From a virus (Duplodnaviria > Caudoviricetes), in the IMG/VR virus record IMGVR_UViG_3300010356_002264: a DNA stretch of 64,000 bases; one strand, given 5' to 3'. Of the stretch, positions 30,476-40,581 are shown one piece after another. Position numbers and translations under genes: made by a program. Each line of letters opens with the position of its first letter. The stretch's first letter is position 1. The notes beneath the pieces were generated by a model. It was not told the DNA's origin. It saw only the letters and a program-made list of their open reading frames with translations, and made no database searches.

Positions 30476-31488
30476 GGCTTCCGCGCCCGGCCGAGGTACC
30501 ACTCGCGAGCGCGAGTCTCGACGGCGCGCTGCACCTGCCCCCAGGAGAGGCCGGAGGCCGCTAGCTCCATCGTGGACTCCTTCTGCACGTCGCCCGCCAC
30601 CCAGGTGACGAACTTGCCCGTGAGCTTTGGGTCGTAAGTCCCGGAACAGGCCGTCGTCACCCCCTGGAGGAGGCGGGCTTCGGTGACCATGAGGTCGGTG
30701 AACCCGCCTGCGCTCGCCACGACCTCGGGGTTCGCCTGCACGGGCTGGCGCTGTCGCACCGTGGAGTGCTTCTCCCCCTTGGCCTTCCACATGAGTTGGC
30801 AGTAGCGCTCAGGGTCGCGGGGAACCTCGGTACCGACGGGATAGAAGACGAGCCCTTCCCCCATCCCTGAGATGTTCAGGGTGCGCTTGATGAACGGGTC
30901 CTCGCGCTCGACCTCCAGCACGACGGTGCTCATCGCGCGCGCCGCAGCTTCGACCGACTCGGGGTCGCCGAAGTCGATCACGACCATGGGGTCCTCCCAC
31001 GGAAGGACGACGAGGCCGGGAGCCCACACGGCCGGACCGAGGAGGTTTAGGATTACGTCGGGATCGTAGGCGAGACTCGCGCCTTCTCCGCGCCCCACCT
31101 GGACGGCGAACACGAGGAACATCTTGTCCTCGACCTGGGAGATCGCCATGCCGGGCTCGACGCCCAGTCCAGCCCACTCGCCGAAGATCGTCGTGTCGTC
31201 ACCTTGGACGGCCTGGAAGCGTTCCTCGTTGGTCTTGACCCACTTGGCGAAGCCCTTGTAGTCGTCCTCGGGCGTGAGGATGTTGGTGCGCCCCTGCGCG
31301 AACACGTGCGCAGACCCCTGCGCATCACGGCGTACCTGCACCGCGCAGTTGGTGCCGTGCTGCTTGATCTTGGTGCGATAGCGAAGGGTGGGCTGAGGGT
31401 CCCCGCTTTGCTCGGAGAGCAGGCGAAGGGTCTCGACGACGTAGGGGAGCAAGCCGATGCTGCTCCAAGGAACATGGTGGGTTCTCAT
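30472..31488 (-). CDS. RNA ligase, Rnl2-like
   Basis: KQHGTN (motif I), FGEWAG, GEGLV, WKAKGEKH; start fixed by CAGCTC at -36. Confidence 0.8.
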   Translation of the reverse strand: MRTHHVPWSSIGLLPYVVETLRLLSEQSGDPQPTLRYRTKIKQHGTNCAVQVRRDAQGSAHVFAQGRTNILTPEDDYKGFAKWVKTNEERFQAVQGDDTTIFGEWAGLGVEPGMAISQVEDKMFLVFAVQVGRGEGASLAYDPDVILNLLGPAVWAPGLVVLPWEDPMVVIDFGDPESVEAAARAMSTVVLEVEREDPFIKRTLNISGMGEGLVFYPVGTEVPRDPERYCQLMWKAKGEKHSTVRQRQPVQANPEVVASAGGFTDLMVTEARLLQGVTTACSGTYDPKLTGKFVTWVAGDVQKESTMELAASGLSWGQVQRAVETRAREWYLGRARKP

Positions 31489-31526
31489 GCGAGGTAGTCC
31501 GCGGGGAGCAGCTTTGCGGAGCTGAC

Positions 31527-32216
31527 CTAGCGGAGGATCGCGCTCTGTAGCTCCGTGTAGAGGCAGTACAGCGACGGGACGCAGGGGAGATGGTCTAGCG
31601 CGTCTTCGAGGCTCGTCCAGCGGTGCTCGTAGGGAGCATTCGGCTCTGGGTTCCAGCTCCCAAGATCCACGTGGAGCGCGACGACCCTGACCGGGCTCCG
31701 CCAGGCGAACATGCAGGACCCGATGATCCCTCCGACCTTGGCGTGATGGACTCCAAGCTCCTCTCGTAGCTCGCGACGTAGAGCGCGAGCGAGGACCACG
31801 GAGTCGGTCGGCTGGTCTCCTTCGAGGTCTTGAGCCTCTACCTTGCCACCTGGAAGCTCCCACATCGACGGGCGCAACGTGTCGGGGGACCGCTTGGTCA
31901 TGAAGACCAAACCTTCCCGCACGATGAGCGCGATCGGAACGACGACCTCCTCCGGGGAGGGCTTCACGAACAGGACCCGGTTCAAGTCGCGCTGGTAGAA
32001 CTCGTTCAGGTCGATCCCCAGGGCGGCAGCCTCAAGTTGCCCTGGCCAGAAACCTGCCCAGCGGGAGAAGTTCGGGTCGTGGTTTGGGCAGGCGCACGAG
32101 AGACGCTGACCTCCACAGGCGGAGCAGCGCTCGACGTCACACCCCGCGCGGTGCCGGCATCCTGGGAGGGTTTTGCAGTCAGGACACGGGCGTAGCTGGT
32201 CGCTGGTGGAGGTCAT
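31527..32216 (-). CDS. Nudix hydrolase with N-terminal Cys-rich domain
   Basis: WELPGGKVE...ALRRELREELGV; N-terminal CPDC/H/C/CSAC. Confidence 0.85.
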   Translation of the reverse strand: MTSTSDQLRPCPDCKTLPGCRHRAGCDVERCSACGGQRLSCACPNHDPNFSRWAGFWPGQLEAAALGIDLNEFYQRDLNRVLFVKPSPEEVVVPIALIVREGLVFMTKRSPDTLRPSMWELPGGKVEAQDLEGDQPTDSVVLARALRRELREELGVHHAKVGGIIGSCMFAWRSPVRVVALHVDLGSWNPEPNAPYEHRWTSLEDALDHLPCVPSLYCLYTELQSAILR

Positions 32217-32686
32217 CGCTTTCCGTCCTTCTGACCCAGGGAGGCGCGCCGAGCGCGCTCCATCAGGTCCAGCACCTTGGAACGCGGAAGGTCGAGCACC
32301 ACGGACAGCTCGTCGGCCACCATGGATCGGAGTCGGTCACGCAGCGTACGCTCCACGTAGGAGGGAGTCTTCCGCCCCAGCAGGTCACGCAGGTGGCTCG
32401 CGAGCTCCGACAGGACGCTCTCCTTGACCACCTCCTCGTAGACGCGGCGACGGCGCGTCCAGTAGTTGTGGGCCAGGGGCTCTGGGGCCTCAGCCAGGAG
32501 GTCCAGGACCTCCTGAGCCTCGACCGGAGTGACCGTCTCACGCGTCATCAAGTCCACACGCTCGGGAGGGATCTCGATGCGTGGTGGGGTTCCCAAGGAC
32601 GTGAGAGGCTCCAGGACGAGGAGGTCATCATCCGATGACAGGACCCTACACACGCCCACTCCTCGGTACACACGGTGGTTTGCCAT
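32213..32686 (-). CDS. carD: CarD/CdnL-family RNA polymerase-binding transcription factor
   Basis: VYRGVGVCRV, RETVTPVEAQEVLDLL, NYWTRRRR (conserved Trp), LSELASHLRDL, SYVER...VADELSVVL. Confidence 0.75.
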   Translation of the reverse strand: MANHRVYRGVGVCRVLSSDDDLLVLEPLTSLGTPPRIEIPPERVDLMTRETVTPVEAQEVLDLLAEAPEPLAHNYWTRRRRVYEEVVKESVLSELASHLRDLLGRKTPSYVERTLRDRLRSMVADELSVVLDLPRSKVLDLMERARRASLGQKDGKR

Positions 32687-32761
32687 ACTGTTTTCTAGCT
32701 GCGAGACACATGGCGGAGCTGAGGTGTCGCGCGAATCCGACTGGAGGTTCATCGACCTGCC

Positions 32762-33511
32762 TTACCCCTTGGGGTTGGCGGGCAACTTCCCTCGAAGTGG
32801 GCGGGCTCCGCCGCCCGCGTACTGGATGCGGCCACCCGTCGTGTCACCATCGACCCGCAGGGAGATCGCGGTGTCGACGGACTGCGTGGTCTCGTTGGGT
32901 GTGGCCACCACGCTGGCGAGCGCCACCAGCCGCTCGCCCAGCGCGAGTCCCTGGTAGCGCTGCTGCGAAGCCTGTAGCCGGCGGAACCCGTCAGCCACCC
33001 CGCGTATCTCGTCCTCCACGACGGAGGCCGCCGCGGTGGCCCCGCCGCGCGCCCCGATGAGGGACGAGATGATCGTCCCGTACCACGGGTACGCGGGGGC
33101 GCTCCCCCGGTTGGTCACGCTCCACTTGGCGACCTGCTGGAAGACCAGGTCAGGACCCGTGACCCACGCGACGGCACGGTCTTGCAGGCGCGCGTCGTTC
33201 TCCACGAGGCTCCCCGCGCAGCGGGGGCACACGGAGGGGTAGCTCACGTAGCGCACCTCGACCGTCTCGTTTCGGGGAGCCCAGCCGCGCCACGACACCT
33301 CCGTGCTCCCCACCTCAGCAGCCCAGCCAGGCCAACCCGTGCCGGACCCCCCCGCACGACCCTCTTGAGAGACCACCACGCCCCCCACGCGCACCTCAAC
33401 GGGACCCGCGACCTCTCCCCGGAGAGTGACAGTCCCGGTCCCGGAGCGGACGCGCGTCCGCTCCCTCACCAGGTGGGGACAGCTCCAGGCGATGCGAGCG
33501 TCTCGGCTCAT
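32762..33511 (-). CDS. gp25-like baseplate wedge protein
   Basis: CPRC and TNRGSAPAYPWYGTIISSLIG resemble the GPW/gp25 motif; TATCCT-N6-ATG upstream. Confidence 0.6.
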   Translation of the reverse strand: MSRDARIAWSCPHLVRERTRVRSGTGTVTLRGEVAGPVEVRVGGVVVSQEGRAGGSGTGWPGWAAEVGSTEVSWRGWAPRNETVEVRYVSYPSVCPRCAGSLVENDARLQDRAVAWVTGPDLVFQQVAKWSVTNRGSAPAYPWYGTIISSLIGARGGATAAASVVEDEIRGVADGFRRLQASQQRYQGLALGERLVALASVVATPNETTQSVDTAISLRVDGDTTGGRIQYAGGGARPLRGKLPANPKG

Positions 33512-33527
33512 GTGGCAAGGATACCGC

Positions 33528-33746
33528 ATGCCCACACCCATCAAGATCCTTCTCTTTGTCCTGGCCGGCGGCCTGATCGGCTACTCGTGCTCGCCCTCCC
33601 CGTCAGCGTTCGACGTGTCAACGCGCGTCTCTGGCTGGGCGGGCGTGTTCCTCGTCATCGCGGTGGTGTGCGTCGCGTTCATGGACGCTCCCACCGCAGA
33701 AGACGAGACCAAGGTCGATGAGACGAGCTCCGGAGAGACTCCATGA
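33528..33746 (+). CDS. small 2-TM membrane protein
   Basis: Two hydrophobic segments and GYSCSP. Confidence 0.6.
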   Translation: MPTPIKILLFVLAGGLIGYSCSPSPSAFDVSTRVSGWAGVFLVIAVVCVAFMDAPTAEDETKVDETSSGETP

Positions 33747-33907
33747 ACGCGCGCCTCTACACCCTCATCGTCCTGTACGGGTTCATGGGGTTCTCCTGCT
33801 CGCCAGCCACCTCGCCGCTGCTGCTCGCCCAGCACGCGATGGGCACCGCCGCTTGGCTCGGAGTCCTGACGATCCTCGTCCACTTCTGGTACACGGAGTA
33901 CCGATGA
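33743..33907 (+). CDS. small 2-TM membrane protein (54 aa, not in ORF track)
   Basis: ATGA overlaps at both ends; GFSCSP. Confidence 0.6.
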   Translation: MNARLYTLIVLYGFMGFSCSPATSPLLLAQHAMGTAAWLGVLTILVHFWYTEYR

Positions 33908-34305
33908 CAACCCCCAAGACGCCCAGCAAGTTCGTCGTCGAGATCCCGACCCTTGGGGTCAACGCGACCGCGTACAGGATGCAGCGGGATGGCATCACCC
34001 GCGTCGAGTTCCCCCTGTACGCCTACGACCGGAAGACGGTCGAGCCGAGGACGATCGCCCTGCCTGGCCTCGACTGGACGAGCGACCACCTGCGCACCCT
34101 CATCCTCCAGATGGTGAGCGACTACCTGCGCGGGGTCGAGGACGGGAGGCGTGAGGTCCGCGACCAGGTGCTGCGCGGGATCGGCCTCCACGGGCTGCGC
34201 GACGCGGTCGACGACCTGACCGACCGCGTCGACAAGATGGCGGACCGTCTCGACGAGACGCCGACCCGCAGGAGGGGGACCAAGGCCCCCGCCCGCAAGG
34301 ACTAG
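33904..34305 (+). CDS. hypothetical protein
   Basis: GGAG SD; operonic. Confidence 0.65.
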   Translation: MTTPKTPSKFVVEIPTLGVNATAYRMQRDGITRVEFPLYAYDRKTVEPRTIALPGLDWTSDHLRTLILQMVSDYLRGVEDGRREVRDQVLRGIGLHGLRDAVDDLTDRVDKMADRLDETPTRRRGTKAPARKD

Positions 34306-34306
34306 C

Positions 34307-34918
34307 GTGAAGGATTATCCCAGCATCGACGCCACGGTGCGCGGCGGCACCCACTACGTGTTCGGCAAGTACGACGGGTCGAGCCTGCGCTCCGAGTGGA
34401 GCCCGAAGAGGGGCTTCTGGAAGCACGGCAAGCGCAACGGGCTGCTCGACGACTCCAACCCCCACCTCCTCAGGGGACCGGACCTCTTTCGGGAGAAGTA
34501 CGAGGAGGACCTGTCGAGGATCTTCCGCGACGCGCGGTGGCGAAAGGTGGTCGTGTTCTACGAGTTCTGGGGGCCGCAGAGCTTCGCGGGACTGCACGAG
34601 GAGGGCGACGCCCACACGGTGACGCTGTTCGACGTCGCGGCCGACAACCGCGGCATCCTGCCCCCCAACGAGTTCGTGCGCCTGCTGCGGGGCGTCGACC
34701 ACGCGGTGCTGCTGCACCACGGGAGCGTGGGGGACGTCATCGAGCCGGTCCGCGCCGGGACGCTGCCTGGCATGCCGTTCGAGGGGGTCGTGTGCAAGAG
34801 CGCGGAGCTCGCGAGCCCCGGCCTGCCCCGCATGTTCAAGGTGAAGAACCAGGCGTGGTACGCGCGCCTGCGCGAGCGATGCCGAGGTGACGACAAGCTG
34901 TACGAGAGGCTCGCGTGA
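34307..34918 (+). CDS. RNA ligase-like nucleotidyltransferase
   Basis: KYDGS (KxDG), FYEFWG, LFDV, EGVVCK, FKVK. Confidence 0.75.
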   Translation: MKDYPSIDATVRGGTHYVFGKYDGSSLRSEWSPKRGFWKHGKRNGLLDDSNPHLLRGPDLFREKYEEDLSRIFRDARWRKVVVFYEFWGPQSFAGLHEEGDAHTVTLFDVAADNRGILPPNEFVRLLRGVDHAVLLHHGSVGDVIEPVRAGTLPGMPFEGVVCKSAELASPGLPRMFKVKNQAWYARLRERCRGDDKLYERLA

Positions 34919-34943
34919 CGGGTACTCCGGGGAGGAGGCCCCC

Positions 34944-35105
34944 ATGAACGCCCTGCTGCTTGGACTCGCCCTCACGATCGCCGACCCCTCACCCTCGACC
35001 CCCGGGAAGCCCGCCGCCGAGAAGTCCGCCAAGCCCCCCAAGAAGGACAAGAAGAAGGGGAAAGGGAAGGAATCCGACGCCGACAACAAACCCCCCATGG
35101 TCTAG
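34944..35105 (+). CDS. small Lys-rich protein with a signal-like N-terminus
   Basis: GGAGG SD; MNALLLGLALTIA. Confidence 0.5.
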   Translation: MNALLLGLALTIADPSPSTPGKPAAEKSAKPPKKDKKKGKGKESDADNKPPMV

Positions 35106-35153
35106 CTGACAGGGGGAAAGTCTCTTGGTAGGCTACGGGGATTCCGAGGTCCC

Positions 35154-35465
35154 ATGAAGACGCCCAAGCCCCCCGCGATCGTCGCGCGAATGGTCCGCGC
35201 CCTGCGAACCATGCCCCTGGAGAAGACCCGAGCCCGCGACCTGCTCGTCCTTAGCCGGCAGGCCCAGCTGCTCGCGAAGAACCAGCCCGAGGAGGCCAGG
35301 CGTCGCCTCCTCACCTTCAGCCACTACCTGTCCGTCCTGGTGCGGGCCTCCCGCACCGCGCGGATCGGCGTCGTGGTCGACATCCTGCGGCTCCTCGATG
35401 AGATGCGACTCAAGCAGCCCCTCACCCCGCCCCCCGAGGCGCGGGACGGAGCGACCAGCGGGTGA
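35154..35465 (+). CDS. hypothetical protein
   Basis: ORF with GAGGT SD. Confidence 0.5.
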   Translation: MKTPKPPAIVARMVRALRTMPLEKTRARDLLVLSRQAQLLAKNQPEEARRRLLTFSHYLSVLVRASRTARIGVVVDILRLLDEMRLKQPLTPPPEARDGATSG

Positions 35466-35749
35466 CCGCTGGTACATCTCGCGGCGCGCCCTCCTCAGGG
35501 TGAGCCAGCGCGGACCTGACGGGCGCTACCGGGTCGAGAACCTCGAGCGGCTCGCCCGTCGCCTGGGGGTCGGGCTTCCCCGCATGCCTCGCGAGTGGAA
35601 GGGCTACCGCCTCTCCCTCGTGGGCCGGCTGGAGCGGGTGGTGAGCGCGCCGCGCGACCACTACCCCGGCGAGCGCGACCGCTGGTGAATCCCCCCGATC
35701 GGCCCGTTGAGATCAAGAGTAAAATGCGTGGACCCAAAGGAGCCCGCGC

Positions 35750-36589
35750 ATGTCCGAGCCCACCGATCTTCCCCCGGATCCCATCGTCCTGCACCACTAC
35801 GGCGAGGACGCCCCGTCCGGGGGAGAACCATCGCCTGAGGCGTACGCGAGCGCCCAGGAGGACGCCCTGGAGCTGGAGGCGCTGGGCGCAGTCAACGCGA
35901 TGATCGCGCGGGAGGCGCGGGAGATCGTTCGGAACCCGGACCCCCTGGTGCGCGCCGCCGCCGCCTACCAGCTCGCGCCGCACGAGGTCCCGTTCCTCCT
36001 GGGAGACCCGGACGCCTGCGTGCGGCTCGCCGCCGCGCGCATCTGCGCGGCCTTCCCCCTGCTGCGGGTGCTGCTCTGGGACCTCGGGCTGCGCCGGCGC
36101 GACCCCTCCAGGGACGTGCGGCAGGCGGTGACGGACCTGCTCGCGACGGACGCCTCGACAGTGCGGACACAGATCCCCACCTGGGCGACCGAGGCGATGT
36201 TCGCCTCGGAGCTCTTCGCGCCCAAGCAGGACTTCGAGAGCGACCGCCTCCCCGTGTCGAGGGTCATCCCGAGCATCATGCCGAGCGGCTGCGCTCGCGA
36301 CCGGGCCGCGAGCGCCGTCTGGGCGCGTCGCGAGATCCTCGACTACCCGGCCGCGGACTTCGAGCCCAGCCCGCGGGACGAGCCCGACACCCTGCGCAAG
36401 ACGGTCGCCCGCGTGCACGACGCGAACCATCAGTCGTGGTCGCCCGCGGACGCGCTTCCCCTCGTGGGGGGCTACCACGACGTCGAGCGCATAAACCATC
36501 CGACCCCGCATGGCCCGCCGACGGAGGGCTGGGACCTTGCGGCCCGGCTGGACGCCCCGACGGACCCCACCTCCAAGGAGACCCCTTGA
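35750..36589 (+). CDS. HEAT-repeat-like protein
   Basis: PDPLVRAAAA, DPDACVRLAAA, DPSRDVRQAV. Confidence 0.6.
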   Translation: MSEPTDLPPDPIVLHHYGEDAPSGGEPSPEAYASAQEDALELEALGAVNAMIAREAREIVRNPDPLVRAAAAYQLAPHEVPFLLGDPDACVRLAAARICAAFPLLRVLLWDLGLRRRDPSRDVRQAVTDLLATDASTVRTQIPTWATEAMFASELFAPKQDFESDRLPVSRVIPSIMPSGCARDRAASAVWARREILDYPAADFEPSPRDEPDTLRKTVARVHDANHQSWSPADALPLVGGYHDVERINHPTPHGPPTEGWDLAARLDAPTDPTSKETP

Positions 36590-39500
36590 GCGACACCGAA
36601 TCCCTTTCTCTCCCGGCCGACGAGGTCGGGTTCAAGTTCGATGAGACCTGCGACGTCGCGGTCCCCCAGGACGTGCTCGTTCGGCCCGGAACGATCCTGG
36701 CGATCTGCCGGGTCCTTCCGCCCCCGGACGGGCACATCGTCTGCAAGCCGACGCGCCTGCTCGACGGCATGGACGAGGACTACGAGTGCTGCGTGGTCCT
36801 AACCGACGAGGCGCACGCCGTGTTGTTCGGAGACGCTGTTCGGGGCGACGGGTATCGCGCCGTCAAGGTGGCCCCCGTCAAGCCGGTCGAGACCGTGGTG
36901 GTTCGCCACGAGGCGGGCGCTCCCCCCATCCAGGAGGGCACGCTGCTGGCCCGCTCGGCGAGGTCGAGCGGACTGCATCGCCTCGTCGTGGACCCCAACC
37001 TGGGCGCGGACGAGGTGCTATACGTCGCGGCGGAGTCGCCCACGACGCTGGTCGCCGCGGGGTCCGTGCGGGTGCGTGCGCACCGCGTCGCGCGCGCCCT
37101 CAACGGCCTGGTCGTCGGGTCGATCCTCCCCGGGCTCCGGGCCCTGTGGCCCAGCGACCCCCCGAAGGCGGGCAAGCTCGCCGAGAGGGACTTCGCGCGC
37201 ATGCGGGGTGCCGCGACGCTGCTCAAGTCCGCGACGCGTCAGCCGGCCGCGCCCGACGCCCTCCCCCCGCTTGACGAGCTTGGGGGCCAGGAGGTCGTCG
37301 AGGTCCTCATGCTGAACGGGGAGGCCGAGAGGTCCGTCAAGGGAACGGTGATCGTGCCCCGCGACGTCCGCTTCTACGAGGGGCGCAGGTGGCACGTCTA
37401 CGAGCGGCAGGACCAGTGGAACGAGGACCGGGGATACCCGCTCGTCGTGGCCGGGGAGGAGACGCGCGAGGCCCCCGAGGGCTACATGCGCGTCGTGCAA
37501 GCGGTGGGCACCCTGCCCCCCGAGCCTCCGGGCGAGGTGCGGGAGGAACCTGACGAGGAGGAGCACGACGTGCGGGAAGCGCCGGGAGACGAAGACGTAT
37601 GGCTGCTCGAGCAGACGGCCTCCCCGGAGGCTCCGCCCAGGCTCGTCCAGACGGAGGCGGCGGACGTGCTGGTGGCCGCGATGCGCGGCACGGGGCCTCG
37701 GCGGACCCGCGCGATGAAGGCCGCGCGCCGGCTGCTGGCGAACGAGAACCTCAGCGTCCACGTGCTCGCGCGGATCACCGCGGGGCTCGCCCAGCAGGGC
37801 GACAAGCCCGAGGTGGCGAGCTCGCTCGCGCGGAGCGAGTCCCCCGTGCGGCGGGCCGCGGCGGCGTTCCTCCTGCCCGTCGAGCACCTTCCCTTCCTGA
37901 CGACCGACCCGAACGAGGCGGTGCGCCAGGCGGCCCACCTGGCCACCAGGCAGGACCGGACCTGGGTGCACCCCGTGGTCAAGGGGAACTTCGTGGCGGC
38001 GGTCAAGGCGATCATCCTGCGGGCCGCGAAGGTCGACGACGACTCGGCGCTCGACGTGCTCGCCTCGCTGTGGAGCGACAAGCCCGAGCCCCCCGAGCGG
38101 ATCGAGGAGGCGATGCGCGCCCTGGAGCTGTCGGACCAGGACGGGCTCAGCCTGTCGGGGATCGGCGAGGAGGAGGCCGAGGAGGACTCGGACGACGTCG
38201 CGACCCTCGCGCGGCTGTGGTCGGCCGACGTCCCGGAGGGGTCGCCCCTGCCCAACGTCGACGACAACCCCACGGAGCTCGACCCGCTCGCCGACCTGAG
38301 GGAGGTCGCGAACATCCCGCGCGCGGCCCAGGAGGTGCCTCGACGCAACGCGATCCCGCTTCGCGACTTCACCTCGAAGGGACCCCGGACGCCCAAGGCG
38401 ACCCCCTTCGGGGACTACGGCACCCCCGAGGCCGAGAACACGCACGCGATCATCAAGCGCGCCACCCTGCGGGCCATCCAGCAGCTCGAGTGCGCCGTGT
38501 GCGGGTCGAGGATGACCCGCACCCTCGACCCGCGTCAGGTGGGGGCGTGCCCGATCGGGCACGAGTGGGTGAACTACCGCTGCACCAAGGACCCGAGCCA
38601 CCTGGTGGTCGACCGACCCGAGCCGATGACCTACAAGGCGGACCCGGACGAGGAGCAGGCGGCCCGCCCCAACACGCCCCGCTACGTGAGCATCTTCGAC
38701 CAGCTCGGATGGCCTCACGAGGAGACGGTCGCGGTGGTAGATGCCAAACCGTCCCACCTGCGCAACACGCTCCTTCTCCGCGTCGACTGGCGGCAAGAAG
38801 GCGGGGTCGTGATACCCGTCTGCCGGGAAGCCGTCGCCGAGGAACTTCCTCCCAAGAACATCGAGGACCTCTGGGTGGGAACGGGGACCTACGCGAAGAG
38901 CGTGAACGTCCCGCACTACGTGCGTGCCGTCAACATCGCGGCACGTCCCCACGGGGAGCCGTCCATACTCGACGCGATCGACCGAACGGCGATCCGCGAC
39001 GACCTCGGATGGGCAGAGCAGCTCACCGCGATGGGGATTCGTGTTCCGGTGAGCTACTCCAGGCTCGACGACCCGCGTCGCTGGCCCCTGGAGGACATCG
39101 AGCAGCGTGGGCGCATCATGCAGAAGGTGTCCGAGGTGATGCGAGAGGTCGTGCTGGGCGAGCCCGTGGGGCAAGCGCTCGGCTACCTTGCCGACCTGCA
39201 CGGCTCGTGGTTCGGTCTGACACAAGACGTCGTAGTGATTCCCGAGGACGCGCGGGTGGAATCGAACCTCCTGCTGCGATGTCGCGGGTGGCGACAGGCG
39301 GGCCTGGGAGACTCGCTCATGGGGGTGCCTGCGTGCGCCGTGGCCTACGCCGCGGACTTCGAGGGATCTCCGTCGGAGGCAGTACAGCCCCGCGCCTTAC
39401 GCGTTGCGACAGGAGACACGCTGATCGCGCAGGTTGGCAACACGACCCTGCGACTCGCCCGTGTCCACGTGGGGGGAGACCTTGGGCCGGACGCGATCGA

Positions 39501-40581
39501 GAAGAAGATCGCCGAACTGGTGAATCCCCGAGGGCGCGTCAAGGCGCTGCGGAAGCTGGGGCTTGTGGTGCGCGAGGACGAAGCGGAGACCCCCATAACC
39601 CAGGGCCCCATCACCCCGCAGGAGCACCGCGCGATGGACGAGGTGTTCGGGGCGGAGACCCTGACGACCTCTGTGCCTCCCGACCCGAGCCAGGTGACCA
39701 TGCAGGACACCCACGCCGATCTCGAGCGAGCGCGACGCCAGGAGCGCGCCCGCTCCGTCGGGTTCGGTCCGGAGTCCGAGGTGGGTTGGGCCGCCTACGA
39801 GGACCAGGGGATGTCGGTTCCGAACCCCGAGGTCCGCACGGTCCAGCCGGCGCGCCAGGTCGGAGGACCCGGGGACGAGATCGCCCCGCTCCCCGTCCTG
39901 TCCCTCGACGAGATTCCTGACGGCGACGACGGCCCGCTCGGGCCGGACCCGGAGGCTCCCGAGGTCGAGCGCATCCGCAAGACCTTGTGGGGGGACGACA
40001 AGGAGATCGTCTCGACGGTCGCCGATCACGAGGCCGAGAGGGCCGAGAGGCTCGTGAAGCGCATCGACGGCATGAGCCCCGAAGAGGTGGCGCGCAGGGT
40101 CGCGGGGGAAGACCCGCCCACCCACCACGCGCGGGTGCCAGAGCACGCGGACGACTTTGACGGGGGCCCGGGGCCTTGGGCTGTCAACATGCCCGAGCAG
40201 GATGCCCGCGCCGTCAGGGACCTGGCCGAGAGGGCCACGCGGGCCGCGCGCGCGGAGCTCGGTGCGGACGCCGACGACGAGGCGGTCTTCCTGCTCGCCC
40301 GCGGCCTGATGGACGACCCCGAGGCGCTCAAGGCGGCCGAGGGACGACTCCTGAAGCAGGCGGAGGACGCGGAGGACGCCCACACGTTCGCGCTCATCGA
40401 CAAGACGATCGAGGACGTGCGGCCGGGACCGGAGACGATGCAGCGCCAGGTCCTCGCGGAGAAGGTCGAGGCAGAGGAGCGCGAGGTGATCGCCAGCCTG
40501 GGGGACGAGGAGCCGAGCAAGGCGGGGCAGCAGATGCAGGACGCCGTCGCGCTCCTGGCGGGAACGGGGGCCTCGTCGTGA
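36586..40581 (+). CDS. large acidic multidomain protein with HEAT-like repeats and a Zn-ribbon
   Basis: TTG after AAGGAG; SPVRRAAAA, DPNEAVRQAA, CAVC. Confidence 0.7.
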   Translation: MSDTESLSLPADEVGFKFDETCDVAVPQDVLVRPGTILAICRVLPPPDGHIVCKPTRLLDGMDEDYECCVVLTDEAHAVLFGDAVRGDGYRAVKVAPVKPVETVVVRHEAGAPPIQEGTLLARSARSSGLHRLVVDPNLGADEVLYVAAESPTTLVAAGSVRVRAHRVARALNGLVVGSILPGLRALWPSDPPKAGKLAERDFARMRGAATLLKSATRQPAAPDALPPLDELGGQEVVEVLMLNGEAERSVKGTVIVPRDVRFYEGRRWHVYERQDQWNEDRGYPLVVAGEETREAPEGYMRVVQAVGTLPPEPPGEVREEPDEEEHDVREAPGDEDVWLLEQTASPEAPPRLVQTEAADVLVAAMRGTGPRRTRAMKAARRLLANENLSVHVLARITAGLAQQGDKPEVASSLARSESPVRRAAAAFLLPVEHLPFLTTDPNEAVRQAAHLATRQDRTWVHPVVKGNFVAAVKAIILRAAKVDDDSALDVLASLWSDKPEPPERIEEAMRALELSDQDGLSLSGIGEEEAEEDSDDVATLARLWSADVPEGSPLPNVDDNPTELDPLADLREVANIPRAAQEVPRRNAIPLRDFTSKGPRTPKATPFGDYGTPEAENTHAIIKRATLRAIQQLECAVCGSRMTRTLDPRQVGACPIGHEWVNYRCTKDPSHLVVDRPEPMTYKADPDEEQAARPNTPRYVSIFDQLGWPHEETVAVVDAKPSHLRNTLLLRVDWRQEGGVVIPVCREAVAEELPPKNIEDLWVGTGTYAKSVNVPHYVRAVNIAARPHGEPSILDAIDRTAIRDDLGWAEQLTAMGIRVPVSYSRLDDPRRWPLEDIEQRGRIMQKVSEVMREVVLGEPVGQALGYLADLHGSWFGLTQDVVVIPEDARVESNLLLRCRGWRQAGLGDSLMGVPACAVAYAADFEGSPSEAVQPRALRVATGDTLIAQVGNTTLRLARVHVGGDLGPDAIEKKIAELVNPRGRVKALRKLGLVVREDEAETPITQGPITPQEHRAMDEVFGAETLTTSVPPDPSQVTMQDTHADLERARRQERARSVGFGPESEVGWAAYEDQGMSVPNPEVRTVQPARQVGGPGDEIAPLPVLSLDEIPDGDDGPLGPDPEAPEVERIRKTLWGDDKEIVSTVADHEAERAERLVKRIDGMSPEEVARRVAGEDPPTHHARVPEHADDFDGGPGPWAVNMPEQDARAVRDLAERATRAARAELGADADDEAVFLLARGLMDDPEALKAAEGRLLKQAEDAEDAHTFALIDKTIEDVRPGPETMQRQVLAEKVEAEEREVIASLGDEEPSKAGQQMQDAVALLAGTGASS

